Notes: generated by a model from the letters alone, not told the origin. Shown: positions 38,473 to 51,414, numbered from the stretch's first letter. The stretch is 64,000 bases of DNA from Myxococcales bacterium (GCA_047601445.1 JASGJH010000001.1:4704001-4768000); one strand, 5' to 3'. A program made the numbers and translations.

Positions 38473-39624
38473 TCATGTCTGACGTCGTGGGCGCTGCGCG
38501 GGCCGTCGCCTCGTCCACCACCACAGCGCCAAGATTCCACTCGCGAACAGGCCGCGGAGCTGCGAGGCGACCGGGTTGCGGCCTGCGGCACTGGCGGGCC
38601 GCACCGAGCAAGCCTCGACGTGCTGCACCGTGATGCCATCCGGCAGGCCGCCGTCGCTGCCCGCGTCGGAGAACCCAGCATCGGGCCCGGGGGGTGGGGG
38701 CGTCGGTGGGGGCGGCAGGGCACAGAAGCCGAGCGCGCAGAGCTGTCCGGCCTGACACTCGTGGGCTTCGTGACAGGCCTCACCGAGTGCGGCACAGGCG
38801 AGGTCGATTCGACCATCGCAGTCGTTGTCGGCCCCGTCGCAGAGCTCGGGTCCCTCCACCACGCAGTCTCCCGCGGCCGCGACGGTGGACACGATGAACG
38901 CACGGTGCTCGTCCACCCGCTGGAAGAAGCTCGGTCCCCCCGGGCAGCCGATGCCATTGCCAACGCTGACGGTGCCCACCAATTTGTCGTGGATATCCAG
39001 CAAGGGCCCGCCGGAATCGCCCTGGCACACGGTCCCATCCACCAGGATGGAGTGCTCGGATACCTCGGTGATCACGGTGTCGGCGCGATAGCGCGTGCTG
39101 GACTCGCCATCGGGGGTGAGGCCGTAGCCGATGGCGAGCGCGCTCTGCCCCACGAGCGCGCTGCTTGCGGGCGCGAACTCGATGAAGCGCGCCGGCACGC
39201 CGGCAGGCTGCTCCAGGATCAAAATCGCCAGGTCCGATCCGAGCAGGGTTTTGGCGTCGGACGCCGAATAGGTGCCCGGCACCGGATGCACCGACTCCAC
39301 GCTGACCCAACGCAGGCCTGCCCCGAAGTTGGCGCTACGTCCGATGCCGATACGCAGGCTCTGGGCGTCGAGTGGAGTGTCTGTATCCGGCCGCTGCACG
39401 CAGTGTTTGGCGGTCAACACGGCACGCTCCGCAATCACGGTGCCGGAGCACACGGCGTTGTTCTGGCCAGAGACCAGCACCACGTCATCGAAGCCGATGG
39501 CCGGCGTGCCGTCGATGATGGGGAAGTCCTTGATTTCGAGCTCGGACTGGGCTGTCTCCCCACACCCGCCGAGCAGCGCGACCAGCGCGCTTGCTCCCCA
39601 TGCCTTGCGTTTCACGCATCCCAT
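38473..39624 (-). CDS. S1 trypsin-like serine protease lipoprotein with metal-binding repeat and CTERM-like tail
   Basis: GGC lipobox, LTAKHC, DLAIL, GDSGGP, ELCDGADNDCDG, ACSV...LALWWWTRRR. Confidence 0.88.
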   Translation of the reverse strand: MGCVKRKAWGASALVALLGGCGETAQSELEIKDFPIIDGTPAIGFDDVVLVSGQNNAVCSGTVIAERAVLTAKHCVQRPDTDTPLDAQSLRIGIGRSANFGAGLRWVSVESVHPVPGTYSASDAKTLLGSDLAILILEQPAGVPARFIEFAPASSALVGQSALAIGYGLTPDGESSTRYRADTVITEVSEHSILVDGTVCQGDSGGPLLDIHDKLVGTVSVGNGIGCPGGPSFFQRVDEHRAFIVSTVAAAGDCVVEGPELCDGADNDCDGRIDLACAALGEACHEAHECQAGQLCALGFCALPPPPTPPPPGPDAGFSDAGSDGGLPDGITVQHVEACSVRPASAAGRNPVASQLRGLFASGILALWWWTRRRPAQRPRRQT

Positions 39625-39682
39625 TGGTACCGCCTGGACGAGGTCCAGATCAACTCCGCTGGTTGGCTCGCACACGCTCGAC

Positions 39683-42259
39683 CTACGGGCGTGGCTTGCG
39701 CTGGGGGGGCTCCGCGGTGCGGGGGTCCTCGGGCCAGCTATGGCGAGGGTAGCGGCGCATCAGCTCCTTGCGGATCTGGGCGTAGTGCCTGTCCCAGAAG
39801 CCCTTGAGGTCGGTGCTCACTTGGACCGGGCGCTGGTTGGGCGCGAGCAGGTGCAGCACCAGGGGTACCTGGCCGTTGGCCAGGCGCGGACCATCGAGCA
39901 TGCCGAAAAAGTCCTGGAGTCTCGACTCCACCCAGGGAGGGCGATCGATCTCGTAGTGGATCACCAGTTCACGCCCAGACGGTAGACGCACGCGCGCCGG
40001 CGCCAGGCGCTCGAGCCGAGCGCGTAGGCTGTCCGAGACGAGCTGCGGCAAGGCGTGCTCGAAGGGATCTGCACGCAGATCCGCAAAGCTGTTCTTGTCG
40101 GCGCAGTGCTGCACCAGCTTGACCTTGAGCAGGTCCTCATCGATCACCGGGATGCTCGGGTCGTAGGTATGGGCAAAGCGTGTGCGACGCTGGAGGCTCT
40201 CCACGGCGTCCACGTCCCAGGGCGCAGCGGCCCCGCGCGCCAGCGCAGCCTCTGCCAGCGCGAGACTCGCATCCGGACTCGGCTCCGCAGCCCGCCGGGA
40301 CTCGTCGAGCGTGAGCCCGTCGTAGAGCATGGCGACGCTGACCTCGACGCGCTCGTTGCGTGCGTCGAAGGACGCCTTGCGCTCCTCGCGGACGCGCTCC
40401 GGAAAATACTCGAGCAACCACTCGGGCTCGATGGCGCTCGCCGTGCGCACGCTGGCGCCACCCCTGCCGCGCTCGTCCGCTTCCACGGCCACCAGGAACT
40501 CCGCCTCTTTCACCACACTCCCCTCGGCCAGGCTGGCCGATCCGCCGCCCGAGAGCACCACGTCGGGCTTGCTCGGGTGACGCCGCTTGGCGACGCGGTC
40601 GCCGAAGGCGAGCAGGGTGGCCACGCGCACCGCTTGCTCGAAGGGCTCTTCGATGGAGCGCTCCACGGCACGCAGTCGCTGCGCGAGCTGATCACGCATG
40701 CGCGCCACCGAGCGCACGGCCTGGGCGTCGAGTTCGTGGCGGCGCGCGTTTTGAGCCGAGTGGTCGTCACCCAGGGCGTCGAAGGCCTCGAAGCGAGCCA
40801 GCACGTCGCTCTCGCCCACCTCGTCATGACGGCGGCCGCCGCGCGAAAACGACGTGCGCTGGGCGATCCGAATTTCGCGCTCCGCCACGAGCGCTGCCAG
40901 GCTGGCGCCTTCATGAGGGTAGCCGCGCTCCGCCATCGCGATCGCCAGGCGGCTCAAGCGCGGGTGCACGGGCATGCGCAGAAGCGTGCGCCCGAGCTCC
41001 GAGAGTGCTCCGCCGGGCGCGAGCGCACCCAGGCGCGCGAGCAGGTCGCGCGCGGCGTCGCGGGCCGCGCGTGGAGGTGAGTCGAGCCAGGCCAGCTCGT
41101 CACTCTCGCCCGCCAGCAACGCGTGTAACGTGAGCTCGGTCTCCGTCAGGTCGCTCTTGCTGATGTCGGGCGCGTCGAAGCGCGGGCGCCCGTCGAAGTC
41201 GCTCTTGGTGTAGAGACGTAGGCAGCTGCCCTCGCGCACGCGCCCGGCGCGCCCGGCGCGCTGGATGGCCGACGCTTGACTGACCTTCGCGGTGCCGAGA
41301 GTCGGCAAGCCCGACCACGGTGAGTGGCCGGCTACGCGCGCCAGGCCCGAGTCGATCACCGCACTGACTCCCTCGAGCGTGAGGCTGGTCTCGGCGATGT
41401 TGGTGGAGAGCACGAGCTTGGGCTGGCTGCCTCGTCGCACGGCGCGGTCCTGCTCGCTCGCCGGCAAGTCTCCGTGCAGCGTGGCGATCTCGAGACCGAA
41501 GGTCTTGGCCAGCTCGCTGCAGCTCTCCTCTGCCCGCCGGATCTCGGCGGCGCCAGGCAAGAACACCAGCACGTCGCCGTCCCGCCCTGCCCCCGCCTGA
41601 CCGGCCGCGCGTCCGCTGCGCACGAGGAGCTTGCGCGCCGCGGCCTGCACCTGCTCCTCGAGCCGGCGCTCATCGGGTCGCTCGAGGTACTCCACGTGCA
41701 CTGGGAAAGTGCGGCCGGGCACGCGCAGCGTAGGCGCGTCGAGGAAGTCGGCCAGGCGCTCGGCGTCGAGCGTGGCGCTCATCACGATGATTCGCAGGTC
41801 GGGCCGCGTGGTGCGCTGCAGCCGCCTCAGCAGGGCGAGCCCGAGATCGGTGTGGAGCGAACGCTCGTGGAACTCGTCCAGGACCACGCAGCTGACCCGG
41901 CTCAGCGTGGGGTCGTCCACCAGCCGCCTTGTCAACAGTGCTTCCGTAAGGAAGATCACCCGGGTCTGATCGCTGACCACCCGCTCGAATCGCACCATGT
42001 ACCCCACGCGCTGGCCCACGTTCTCGCCGAGCTCGCTGGCCACGCGTACGGCCGACATGCGCGCCGCCAGACGCCTCGGCTCCAGCACGAGCACCTGCCC
42101 CCTGGAGAGAAAGCGCGCTTCGAGCAAGGCCGCGGGAACGCGCGTGGTCTTGCCGGCGCCGGGCTCGGCCACCAGCACCAGGTTCGGCGTGCGCTCGAGC
42201 GTCTCCACGATCTCGGGCAACGCGGCATCGATGGGCAACGACAGGCGCGGGGCGTTCAC
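39683..42259 (-). CDS. hrpB: ATP-dependent RNA helicase HrpB
   Basis: GAGKTT, DEFHER, MSAT, TNIAETSLT, QRAGRAGR; C-terminal LLAPNQRPVQ...RYPRHSWPEDP. Confidence 0.95.
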   Translation of the reverse strand: MNAPRLSLPIDAALPEIVETLERTPNLVLVAEPGAGKTTRVPAALLEARFLSRGQVLVLEPRRLAARMSAVRVASELGENVGQRVGYMVRFERVVSDQTRVIFLTEALLTRRLVDDPTLSRVSCVVLDEFHERSLHTDLGLALLRRLQRTTRPDLRIIVMSATLDAERLADFLDAPTLRVPGRTFPVHVEYLERPDERRLEEQVQAAARKLLVRSGRAAGQAGAGRDGDVLVFLPGAAEIRRAEESCSELAKTFGLEIATLHGDLPASEQDRAVRRGSQPKLVLSTNIAETSLTLEGVSAVIDSGLARVAGHSPWSGLPTLGTAKVSQASAIQRAGRAGRVREGSCLRLYTKSDFDGRPRFDAPDISKSDLTETELTLHALLAGESDELAWLDSPPRAARDAARDLLARLGALAPGGALSELGRTLLRMPVHPRLSRLAIAMAERGYPHEGASLAALVAEREIRIAQRTSFSRGGRRHDEVGESDVLARFEAFDALGDDHSAQNARRHELDAQAVRSVARMRDQLAQRLRAVERSIEEPFEQAVRVATLLAFGDRVAKRRHPSKPDVVLSGGGSASLAEGSVVKEAEFLVAVEADERGRGGASVRTASAIEPEWLLEYFPERVREERKASFDARNERVEVSVAMLYDGLTLDESRRAAEPSPDASLALAEAALARGAAAPWDVDAVESLQRRTRFAHTYDPSIPVIDEDLLKVKLVQHCADKNSFADLRADPFEHALPQLVSDSLRARLERLAPARVRLPSGRELVIHYEIDRPPWVESRLQDFFGMLDGPRLANGQVPLVLHLLAPNQRPVQVSTDLKGFWDRHYAQIRKELMRRYPRHSWPEDPRTAEPPQRKPRP

Positions 42260-42423
42260 GCCGCCTTCGTAGGCGATGCCACACGAGTTCGCAAAGTACG
42301 CATTGCGAGCGCATTTTTTCGCCCGGGCGGCTCCCCACAGCAACCGCCGTCAGCAGCCGCCGACCCGCGGTCGATCGGGAACTGCTGCACCGCGCCAAGC
42401 GGTTTGTGTAGGATAGCGCTGCC

Positions 42424-43437
42424 GTGAAGGAGCTCGGGTCCGCAGACGAACCTTGCTATGCAGCACGCCTGGCGTGGCCTTTCGTGCGCGTGCTCAAGCA
42501 GGATGGTCGTCTACCTCCGGGCGCCGTGAGTTGGCTCGAGCAGGCAGATGGCGACCAGCGAGTTCCAATCCGTGTCGTGCACCAGCTCCTCGAGGCCGCC
42601 GAGAAACTCACGCGTGACCCCGCGCTAGGCGTCAGGGCCGCCAAGGAGACGGCCCAAGCCGACGGCGGCGCGCTCTACTACGCCATGAGCACGGCCGAGA
42701 GCATGGGTGCACGGCTCACCGTGCTCAAGCGCTATGCCCGGCTGGTCAACGACACGCTCGAGGTCCACGTCGAGGAGCAGGGCGAGCGCGCGCTCGTGCG
42801 GGTGGGCAATCCCATCGTGCTGCCCAAGGTGGCACTCGACTTCCAGCTCTGCTCCATGGTCTGGCGACTACTCAGCGCGTGGCCCGACGACATGCCGGTC
42901 GACATCGACGTGTGGTTCCCTTACCCGGAGCCCGCACAGCTCGACGCCTACCGGGCCACCCTGCCCAATGTCCGTCTGCATTTTGGCGGGGACTTCTCGG
43001 GCTTCGTAGTCTCCAAGCAGCTGCTGGCTGCCCCGCAGCGAACCGCCGACCGCTCTCTGCACCAGATCGTGAGTCGGCATGCCGAGCACGAACTCGCGGC
43101 GCTCCCGCGCACCAAGAGCCTGGGCGAGCGCGTGCGCGAGCACCTGATCAACGATCTCGCGAGCGGTAACGCCAACGCCATCCGCATCGCAAAGAAGCTC
43201 GAGATGAGCCGGCGCACGCTCAACCGCCGACTCGAGCAGGAGCAGACCAGCTTCCGCATCCTGCTCGACGAGGTTCGCAAGCAGCTGGCCCTGCGCTACC
43301 TGAGTACGCGGGACCTCAGCATCCCGGACATCGCGCTGTTGACCGGCTTCTCCGAGGCCGCGGCGTTCCACCGAGCCTTCAAGCGCTGGACCGACCAGAC
43401 GCCCAGCGAATATCGCCGCGCCCATCGCGGACGCTGA
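42424..43437 (+). CDS. AraC family regulator
   Basis: MSRRTLNRRL and IALLTGFSEAAAFHRAFKRWT. Confidence 0.92.
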   Translation: MKELGSADEPCYAARLAWPFVRVLKQDGRLPPGAVSWLEQADGDQRVPIRVVHQLLEAAEKLTRDPALGVRAAKETAQADGGALYYAMSTAESMGARLTVLKRYARLVNDTLEVHVEEQGERALVRVGNPIVLPKVALDFQLCSMVWRLLSAWPDDMPVDIDVWFPYPEPAQLDAYRATLPNVRLHFGGDFSGFVVSKQLLAAPQRTADRSLHQIVSRHAEHELAALPRTKSLGERVREHLINDLASGNANAIRIAKKLEMSRRTLNRRLEQEQTSFRILLDEVRKQLALRYLSTRDLSIPDIALLTGFSEAAAFHRAFKRWTDQTPSEYRRAHRGR

Positions 43438-43462
43438 AACAGGCGGGCGCTCATCAGGCGCC

Positions 43463-43503
43463 CAAAAGGCAAAAGCCCGGAGCCTCTTGAGAGGTCCCGG
43501 GCC
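43463..43503 (-). terminator. Probable intrinsic terminator between convergent genes
   Basis: Minus-strand hairpin GCCCGGGACCTCT/AGAGGCTCCGGGC followed by TTTTGCCTTTT. Confidence 0.65.
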
Positions 43504-43585
43504 TTTAGCCAGTCGCACCGTCGCGCCTTTGGGGGCGCGCATCAAACGAACGCCGGAAGGCGTGTCTTAGGTGCGAGCCAAGGTC

Positions 43586-44014
<429 letters not shown>

Positions 44015-44304
44015 GTGTCTCTCAACTGTGTCCAGCGCGCTTAGTCACTCAAACCGTTTCCACTATCCAGCGCGCTGCCAGGATCGAGGACTGAGCAGAA
44101 CCCATGTTCCGCTTCCCACGCTACCGCCCAATTTCACAGATTGGTCGCGATCCCGAAGAACGAGAGGGCTTCGTCTCTAGTGCAGGAAATTGTGTCGTGA
44201 GTCCCAGCACTATGGGCCGGATGGAGCGCCGGGGCAAACCCCTGACGACTGCCCCCACCTGGGACCACCCCAAATACCCCCGAATGGGTACAAACCAAAA
44301 CGGC

Positions 44305-45981
<1,677 letters not shown>

Positions 45982-46096
45982 GGTGACCGCTAGCGTATAG
46001 GAGCGCGGCGGATTGTCGAATCACCCATGCTCTCTGCGGACCCAGCGCGCGGCGAGGGGTTCGGCGCTGAAAAGCACGTGAATCAAAACACTACGT

Positions 46097-46122
46097 GAGC
46101 GGAGCGAACCTCTCGGTGGGGT
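46097..46122 (+). repeat. REP-like motif; inverted partner at 48942-48965
   Basis: GAGCGGAGCGAACCTCTCGGTGGGGT. Confidence 0.55.
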
Positions 46123-46145
46123 GCCGCACCGGCACAGAGTAAGGT

Positions 46146-48857
46146 TCAGTGCCCGAGACCGAAGAATTGCCGCGCGGAGTCCGCCTGGCGGGATCGAAAC
46201 GCCTCGCACAGCTTGGCCGATTCGAGGGCGAGCGCGAACTCGTGGGGCGCCCCGGGGATGCTCGCCGCGCGCGGCTCCAGGAAGGCGGCCTCACGCTCGA
46301 TGTCCGCGGCTTGGCAGGCGTTGGCCAACACCCCGAACACGTGCGGCTTCGCGTTGGAGTTGAGCTGTGCCACGAAGGCGTCGAAGTGGGCCGTGAGCCA
46401 GTCGAGGGCTTTGGCGTGCGTGCGGACCTGACCGGCCTGACCGTAGAGAGGCGCCAGGCGTTCGTTGGTTCGCAAGCGGGGGTCGAGGCTGAGATCGAGC
46501 ACGCGCGGGGTGTAGGCCGGGTCATCCAGGCCGGCGATGGCCGACATCAGACGCGAACGCTCCTGCGAGTCCTCGGAGGCCAACAGGCGCGCGATGGCCG
46601 GCTCGAGGAGCTTCTTGGGGTCCTCGCGCAGCGCCGCCGTGAGGGCTTCATCGCGCAGGTCGGTGGGCAACGTCCCCGGTGGCGCCGGAGTCACACCCAA
46701 CTCCGCACGCCCGAACTTGGCGAGGGGAGCGCTCACTGCGGGGTCGCGTGCGCTCAGTGCCAGGGCGCGCACCACCAGGGCGCGCTTGAGGCCGAGCTCC
46801 ACGTCGCTGCCGCCGTCGGTGGCGAAGAGGCCGAGCTCGCGATAGGCGGGACCGAGCAAGACGATCAACTTGGCGCGGTAAGCCGGCAGGGTCTTCTCAT
46901 CGAGTAGCTCGTGCTCCACCGTGGAGAGAGCCGACAGCACAGCCTCGAGCACGGGGCGCTCGGAGGAGCTGGCGAGACTGCTCAAGGCCGCCAGGCCCTG
47001 GTCGGCCGGTAGCGCACCCGCCTGCATGGCGGCCAGTACGTTCGAGGCGAAGGAGACTTGTTCCGCCAGCGTGAGCTGAGGCACGGCCGCGAGCAGGGAC
47101 TTCACGTCACCGGCGGACAAAGACCAACGGTAGTAGCCCTGGGCGCCCGCGTTGGGCATCACCCAGGCAGGACAAGTCGTGGCCTCGAGCGGCGTCGTGA
47201 GCTCGGCGTCCTTGAGCAGCACGCATTGCTCGCGCAGCTCGGCGCCAACCTGGTAGCGCACGCAGACCGGCAGCTCCCAGCGCTGGGCAGGAGAAGCCGT
47301 GGAACCCAGGGGTAGATAGCGAGCCTGGCTCAACGAGAGCTTGGGCTGCGCCGCTCCGCACTGCAGCGTGGCGGTCACCAGCGGGACACCCGGTTGCTCG
47401 AGGAACGAAAAGAAGGCCGACTTGAGCTCGGACTTTTCCGAGGCATCGGTGAGCGCCTGCACGAGATCGGACGCGGTGGCATTGCCGAAGCGATGGCGCT
47501 GCATATAGAGGCGCAGGCCCGCACGGAAGACCTCGGGGCCCAGGTAGCGCTCGAACATCGACAACACCGCGCCGCCTTTGGCGTAGGTAATTGAGTCGAA
47601 TGCACTCGAGATCTGGTCATCGCTCGAGATGGGCTGCCGGATCTGGCGCGCCGCCACCTGGCTATCGACATCCATGGCGTGCTGGGCCGACGCGAGTGCG
47701 CCGAGGGGCGCTCGGTATTGCGGGTACACCTCGTCGACGACGCGATTGCCCATCCAGGTAGCGAACGCTTCGTTGAGCCAGATGTCGTCCCACCACGGCA
47801 TGGTCACCAGGTTGCCGAACCACTGGTGCGCGAGTTCGTGCGCGTTGACGTAAGCCAAGAGCCTGCGCTGGTTCTCGGTGGCGTCGCTGGCGATCAGCAA
47901 GATGGTGTCGCGAAAGGTGATGGCCCCGGCGTTCTCCATGGCCCCGGCGCTGAAGTCGGGGACTGCGATCAAGTCGAGCTTGTCGTACGGGTAGGCGATG
48001 CCGAAGTACTTTTCGAGCGCCTCGAGCAGGGGCTTGGTCTCCGCGAGGGCATAGGCGAGCTCGCCGCCGCGCCCGCGCACGGCGACGCCACGCAGGGGCA
48101 GCGGGGTGGGACGCACCGCGCTCGCTGGGATGGCCGGGGCATTCACCACGTCGAAGGGGCCAGCTGCGAAGGCAACCAGGTACGTGGGCAGCCTTTCGGT
48201 GGGCGCGAAGTGCACCTCGCGCAGGCCGTCGGCCCCCGTGCTCGAGGAGACCTCGAGCGTGTTGGCGACGGCCACGTGGCTCGGCTCGACGCGCAGAGTG
48301 ACCTCGAAGGGCGTCTTGAAGCGTGGCTCGTCGAAGCACGGAAAGGCTTCCCGCGCTGCGATGGGCTCGAACTGCGTGAACAGGTAGGGCACCCCCGCGG
48401 CCTCGGCTCGGTAGAGACCCGACAGGCGTTTGCCCACGTCGGCCTCGAACTCGATTTCGATGCGCGCCACACCTGGGCCCACGGGAGTCGGCAGCCGCAG
48501 CGCCGTGAGTCCGCTCGGGCTCACGCTCTCGAGTGTGCCGGGCAACGGATCGACGCCCACACGGACCAGGCGCACCAGCGAGGCGCGGATGCCCTTTTGG
48601 TGGAGCCAGATGGTCTCGCGCGGTCGATCGAGCGCGATATCGATGGCGACCTTGCCACGGTAGATTGGGCGCGAGGGCACCATGTCGAGCGTGATTTGGT
48701 AGCGCAGCGGATGGGTGTCTACGGGCAAGCGCGTGGTGGGAGCTCCCTCCGCGTCGGCATCGGGCGCCGGAAGCGGCGCGTAGATGGGCGGCGTGAGATT
48801 GGCCGGCTTTCCACACGCAAAGAGCAGCGCACAACAGAGGACGATGAGGACTCGCAT
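46146..48857 (-). CDS. M1 family aminopeptidase lipoprotein with ERAP1-like C-terminus
   Basis: LFAC lipobox, AFPCFDEP, GAMEN, HELAHQWFG...WLNEAFA, Y.KG. Confidence 0.94.
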   Translation of the reverse strand: MRVLIVLCCALLFACGKPANLTPPIYAPLPAPDADAEGAPTTRLPVDTHPLRYQITLDMVPSRPIYRGKVAIDIALDRPRETIWLHQKGIRASLVRLVRVGVDPLPGTLESVSPSGLTALRLPTPVGPGVARIEIEFEADVGKRLSGLYRAEAAGVPYLFTQFEPIAAREAFPCFDEPRFKTPFEVTLRVEPSHVAVANTLEVSSSTGADGLREVHFAPTERLPTYLVAFAAGPFDVVNAPAIPASAVRPTPLPLRGVAVRGRGGELAYALAETKPLLEALEKYFGIAYPYDKLDLIAVPDFSAGAMENAGAITFRDTILLIASDATENQRRLLAYVNAHELAHQWFGNLVTMPWWDDIWLNEAFATWMGNRVVDEVYPQYRAPLGALASAQHAMDVDSQVAARQIRQPISSDDQISSAFDSITYAKGGAVLSMFERYLGPEVFRAGLRLYMQRHRFGNATASDLVQALTDASEKSELKSAFFSFLEQPGVPLVTATLQCGAAQPKLSLSQARYLPLGSTASPAQRWELPVCVRYQVGAELREQCVLLKDAELTTPLEATTCPAWVMPNAGAQGYYRWSLSAGDVKSLLAAVPQLTLAEQVSFASNVLAAMQAGALPADQGLAALSSLASSSERPVLEAVLSALSTVEHELLDEKTLPAYRAKLIVLLGPAYRELGLFATDGGSDVELGLKRALVVRALALSARDPAVSAPLAKFGRAELGVTPAPPGTLPTDLRDEALTAALREDPKKLLEPAIARLLASEDSQERSRLMSAIAGLDDPAYTPRVLDLSLDPRLRTNERLAPLYGQAGQVRTHAKALDWLTAHFDAFVAQLNSNAKPHVFGVLANACQAADIEREAAFLEPRAASIPGAPHEFALALESAKLCEAFRSRQADSARQFFGLGH

Positions 48858-48941
48858 CACGGCGAACCCTACCATTCAGTTCCGTTGGCGGGGAGGGCAC
48901 GCTCCCTCCCTGCTCGATCGCGGCGAGGCCCGATGGGACCG

Positions 48942-48965
48942 ACCCCACCGAGGTTCGCTTTGCTC
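48942..48965 (-). repeat. REP-like motif; inverted partner at 46097-46122
   Basis: Reverse complement reads GAGCAAAGCGAACCTCGGTGGGGT. Confidence 0.55.
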
Positions 48966-49009
48966 GTCGGTCCTTCGACGTCGTCACGCCCCGTCGAGGC
49001 GTGCCCAGC

Positions 49010-50017
49010 TCAGGACTGGCCCGTGAAGAGCCGCAGCAGCGCGTAGCTAAGGCTGGCGACCGCCGCGGCAGCCGGGATGGTGAACACCCAAGCCCAAACG
49101 ATGCGTCCTGCCACACCCCAACGCACGGCGCTCAAGCTCCGCTCGGACCAGCCGACGCCCACGATGGAGCCTGTGATGGTGTGGGTGGTCGAGACCGGGA
49201 CCCCCATGAACACGGCCAGGGCCAGGGTGATGGCGCCGCTGGTCTCCGCGCAAAAGCCGCCCACGGGCTTGAGCTTGGTGATACGCATGCCCATGGTCTG
49301 CACGATGCGCCAGCCGCCCGAGAGCGTGCCGAGGCCCATCGCAGCGTGGCACAGGAGGACGACCCAAAGCAGGGGCTCCGGGTGATCGGACTTCTCCTGA
49401 ATGCCCGCTGTCATCAGGAGCAAGGTGATGATGCCCATGGTCTTCTGGGCGTCGTTGCCGCCGTGGCCGAGTGAGTAGAGTGCGGCGGATAGCAGCTGGC
49501 CTCGGCGGAAGAAGCGATCGACCTTGCCCGGACGCCAGCCGCCGAACATGAGGCGCACCACCTTGAACAGCAGGAAGCCGATGAACATGCCCATCGTCGG
49601 TGCGACGACGATGAAGAGCACCGTCTTGCCGAAGACCTTGGCGTCGAGGATGGAGAGGTCAGGCGTGTTGGTCAGGGCCGCGCCTGCGAAGCCGCCCATC
49701 AGCGCGTGCGAGGACGACGACGGCAGCCCCCACCACCAGGTCAGCAGGTTCCACAGGATGGCGCCCACCAAGGTGGCCAGAATCACGTTGTAGGTGACCG
49801 ATTCCATCGCCACGCCCTTGGCGATGGCCGAGGAGACGTGGGTCGGGAACACCAAAAAGGCCACGAAATTGAAGAATGCGGCCCACACCACGGCTGCCCG
49901 CGGCGACAGCACGCGGGTGGACACCACGGTCGCGATCGAATTGGCTGCGTCGTGGAAACCGTTGATGTAGTCGAAGACGAGCGCCGCGAAGATGATGATT
50001 AGGACCGTGGTCGTCAT
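49010..50017 (-). CDS. pit: Inorganic phosphate transporter (PiT family)
   Basis: NGFHDAANSIAT, PSSSSHA, HGGNDAQK, PVSTTH. Confidence 0.95.
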   Translation of the reverse strand: MTTTVLIIIFAALVFDYINGFHDAANSIATVVSTRVLSPRAAVVWAAFFNFVAFLVFPTHVSSAIAKGVAMESVTYNVILATLVGAILWNLLTWWWGLPSSSSHALMGGFAGAALTNTPDLSILDAKVFGKTVLFIVVAPTMGMFIGFLLFKVVRLMFGGWRPGKVDRFFRRGQLLSAALYSLGHGGNDAQKTMGIITLLLMTAGIQEKSDHPEPLLWVVLLCHAAMGLGTLSGGWRIVQTMGMRITKLKPVGGFCAETSGAITLALAVFMGVPVSTTHTITGSIVGVGWSERSLSAVRWGVAGRIVWAWVFTIPAAAAVASLSYALLRLFTGQS

Positions 50018-50634
50018 CAACCGTGCTCCAACACGATCCCCTCGATGATGTTGGCGACGTCCTCCGCGCGATCGGTGGCCGTCTCCAGGGCGTCGTAGAT
50101 ATCTCGCCACTTCATGACTTCGAGCGGATCGGTGTGCTCGTTGAACAGGCGGGCGAGGCCACGACGGAACACGGCGTCCGCATCGTGCTCGTGGCGATTG
50201 ATCTGCCGGCACAGGTCGAGCAGCGGCTTCACGTCTTTCATGTTGTGAAGCAAGCCCATGGCGCGCTCGATCTCGGAGCACGCCAGGTGCAGGATCTTGG
50301 CCAGCTCGATGGCCTCGGTGCGGGTCGCGCTCAACTGGTAGAGCGTGAAGCGGTCGCTGGCCGAGTCGATCAGATCGAGCACGTCGTCGAGCCGCGAGAC
50401 CAAAGCGTGGATCTCCTCACGGTCGAGGGGGGTGATCCAGGTCTGATGCAATGCGAGCACCGTGTCGTGCGTAATGCGATCGCCTTCGTGCTCCAGGTCG
50501 GAGATCTGCTGCCCCAACGTCTGCGCACGCTCGGGGTGCTCCAGGATCTCCACCAGCAGCGCAGCGGCGCGGGTCGAGCACCCGGCGTGCCCCTTGAAAG
50601 CCGACCAAAACTCGTCGTCTCGTGTGAGCGCCAT
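50017..50634 (-). CDS. DUF47/PhoU-like phosphate transport regulator
   Basis: LEHEGD, ITPLDREEI, LETATDRAEDVAN; stop overlaps the pit start. Confidence 0.92.
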   Translation of the reverse strand: MALTRDDEFWSAFKGHAGCSTRAAALLVEILEHPERAQTLGQQISDLEHEGDRITHDTVLALHQTWITPLDREEIHALVSRLDDVLDLIDSASDRFTLYQLSATRTEAIELAKILHLACSEIERAMGLLHNMKDVKPLLDLCRQINRHEHDADAVFRRGLARLFNEHTDPLEVMKWRDIYDALETATDRAEDVANIIEGIVLEHG

Positions 50635-50762
50635 GCCCAACTCCTCGTTTCGCGGCGCGAGGAAAGCCGAGGAAGGCGCTCGAGTCAAGCGGACGCAGGC
50701 CCGGGGCCGGACCATTGACCTACCCTCGTCGACAGGCAGCGATCACGAGCTACACCGCGGCC

Positions 50763-51299
50763 ATGTCACGCCTTGACGGCGCACTCGAGCCGAGTCCCCA
50801 CGCCCAGCAACGTGGGCGAGAGCTGAGCCTCACGCTGGGCCGTGGCTCGCCCCTGGTCCTGGCGCGCGCGGCGCGGCTCGGCATCTCCCCGGAACGACTC
50901 TTCGAGTTCATCGTGGATTTCGAGCGCCTGCCCGAATGGATGCCGATGATGAAGGCCTGCCAGGTCGACAATACGCATGCCCGTGAGCCGGGCGGCGTGG
51001 GGGCCGTGCGGGTCATCGATAGCGGGTTCGGTAAGCCCACCCGCGAGACCGTGGTGGCCCTGGAGCGTCCGAGCTTGTTGGCCTACAGCGCCGACGATGC
51101 CTCCTTGCGAGGCCTGTTTTCCCAGCACTTGGGCGTACTGATCAGCGAACCCCACCCGCTCGGAGGCGCCTGGTTGAGCTGGCTGAGCTACGCCAAGCCG
51201 GGCGCGGGCCCCCAGAAGTTCCTGGGTCCCGGTGTGTTCAAGTTGGTGGTCCAGCAGAGCCTTTCACGCCTGGGCGCACGCTTTCCGCTGGCGACCTAG
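50763..51299 (+). CDS. SRPBCC/polyketide cyclase family protein
   Basis: LFEFIVDFERLPEWMP, GGVGAVR, ETVV. Confidence 0.82.
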   Translation: MSRLDGALEPSPHAQQRGRELSLTLGRGSPLVLARAARLGISPERLFEFIVDFERLPEWMPMMKACQVDNTHAREPGGVGAVRVIDSGFGKPTRETVVALERPSLLAYSADDASLRGLFSQHLGVLISEPHPLGGAWLSWLSYAKPGAGPQKFLGPGVFKLVVQQSLSRLGARFPLAT

Positions 51300-51414
51300 C
51301 GCACCGTACCCAGCGCTTACCGGCCTTCTTGACCGGGCTTCCGTTTCTGGCCAGATTGCAGGCACATTTTCGCGAACCATCCAGTTCGCCCGTGCTCTCG
51401 AGCATCCTCCCATC

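Noticed and set aside
46021..46146. Possible tRNA or riboswitch upstream of ettA
   Set aside because: No cloverleaf, T-loop or recognisable aptamer; only a hairpin with a REP-like motif.
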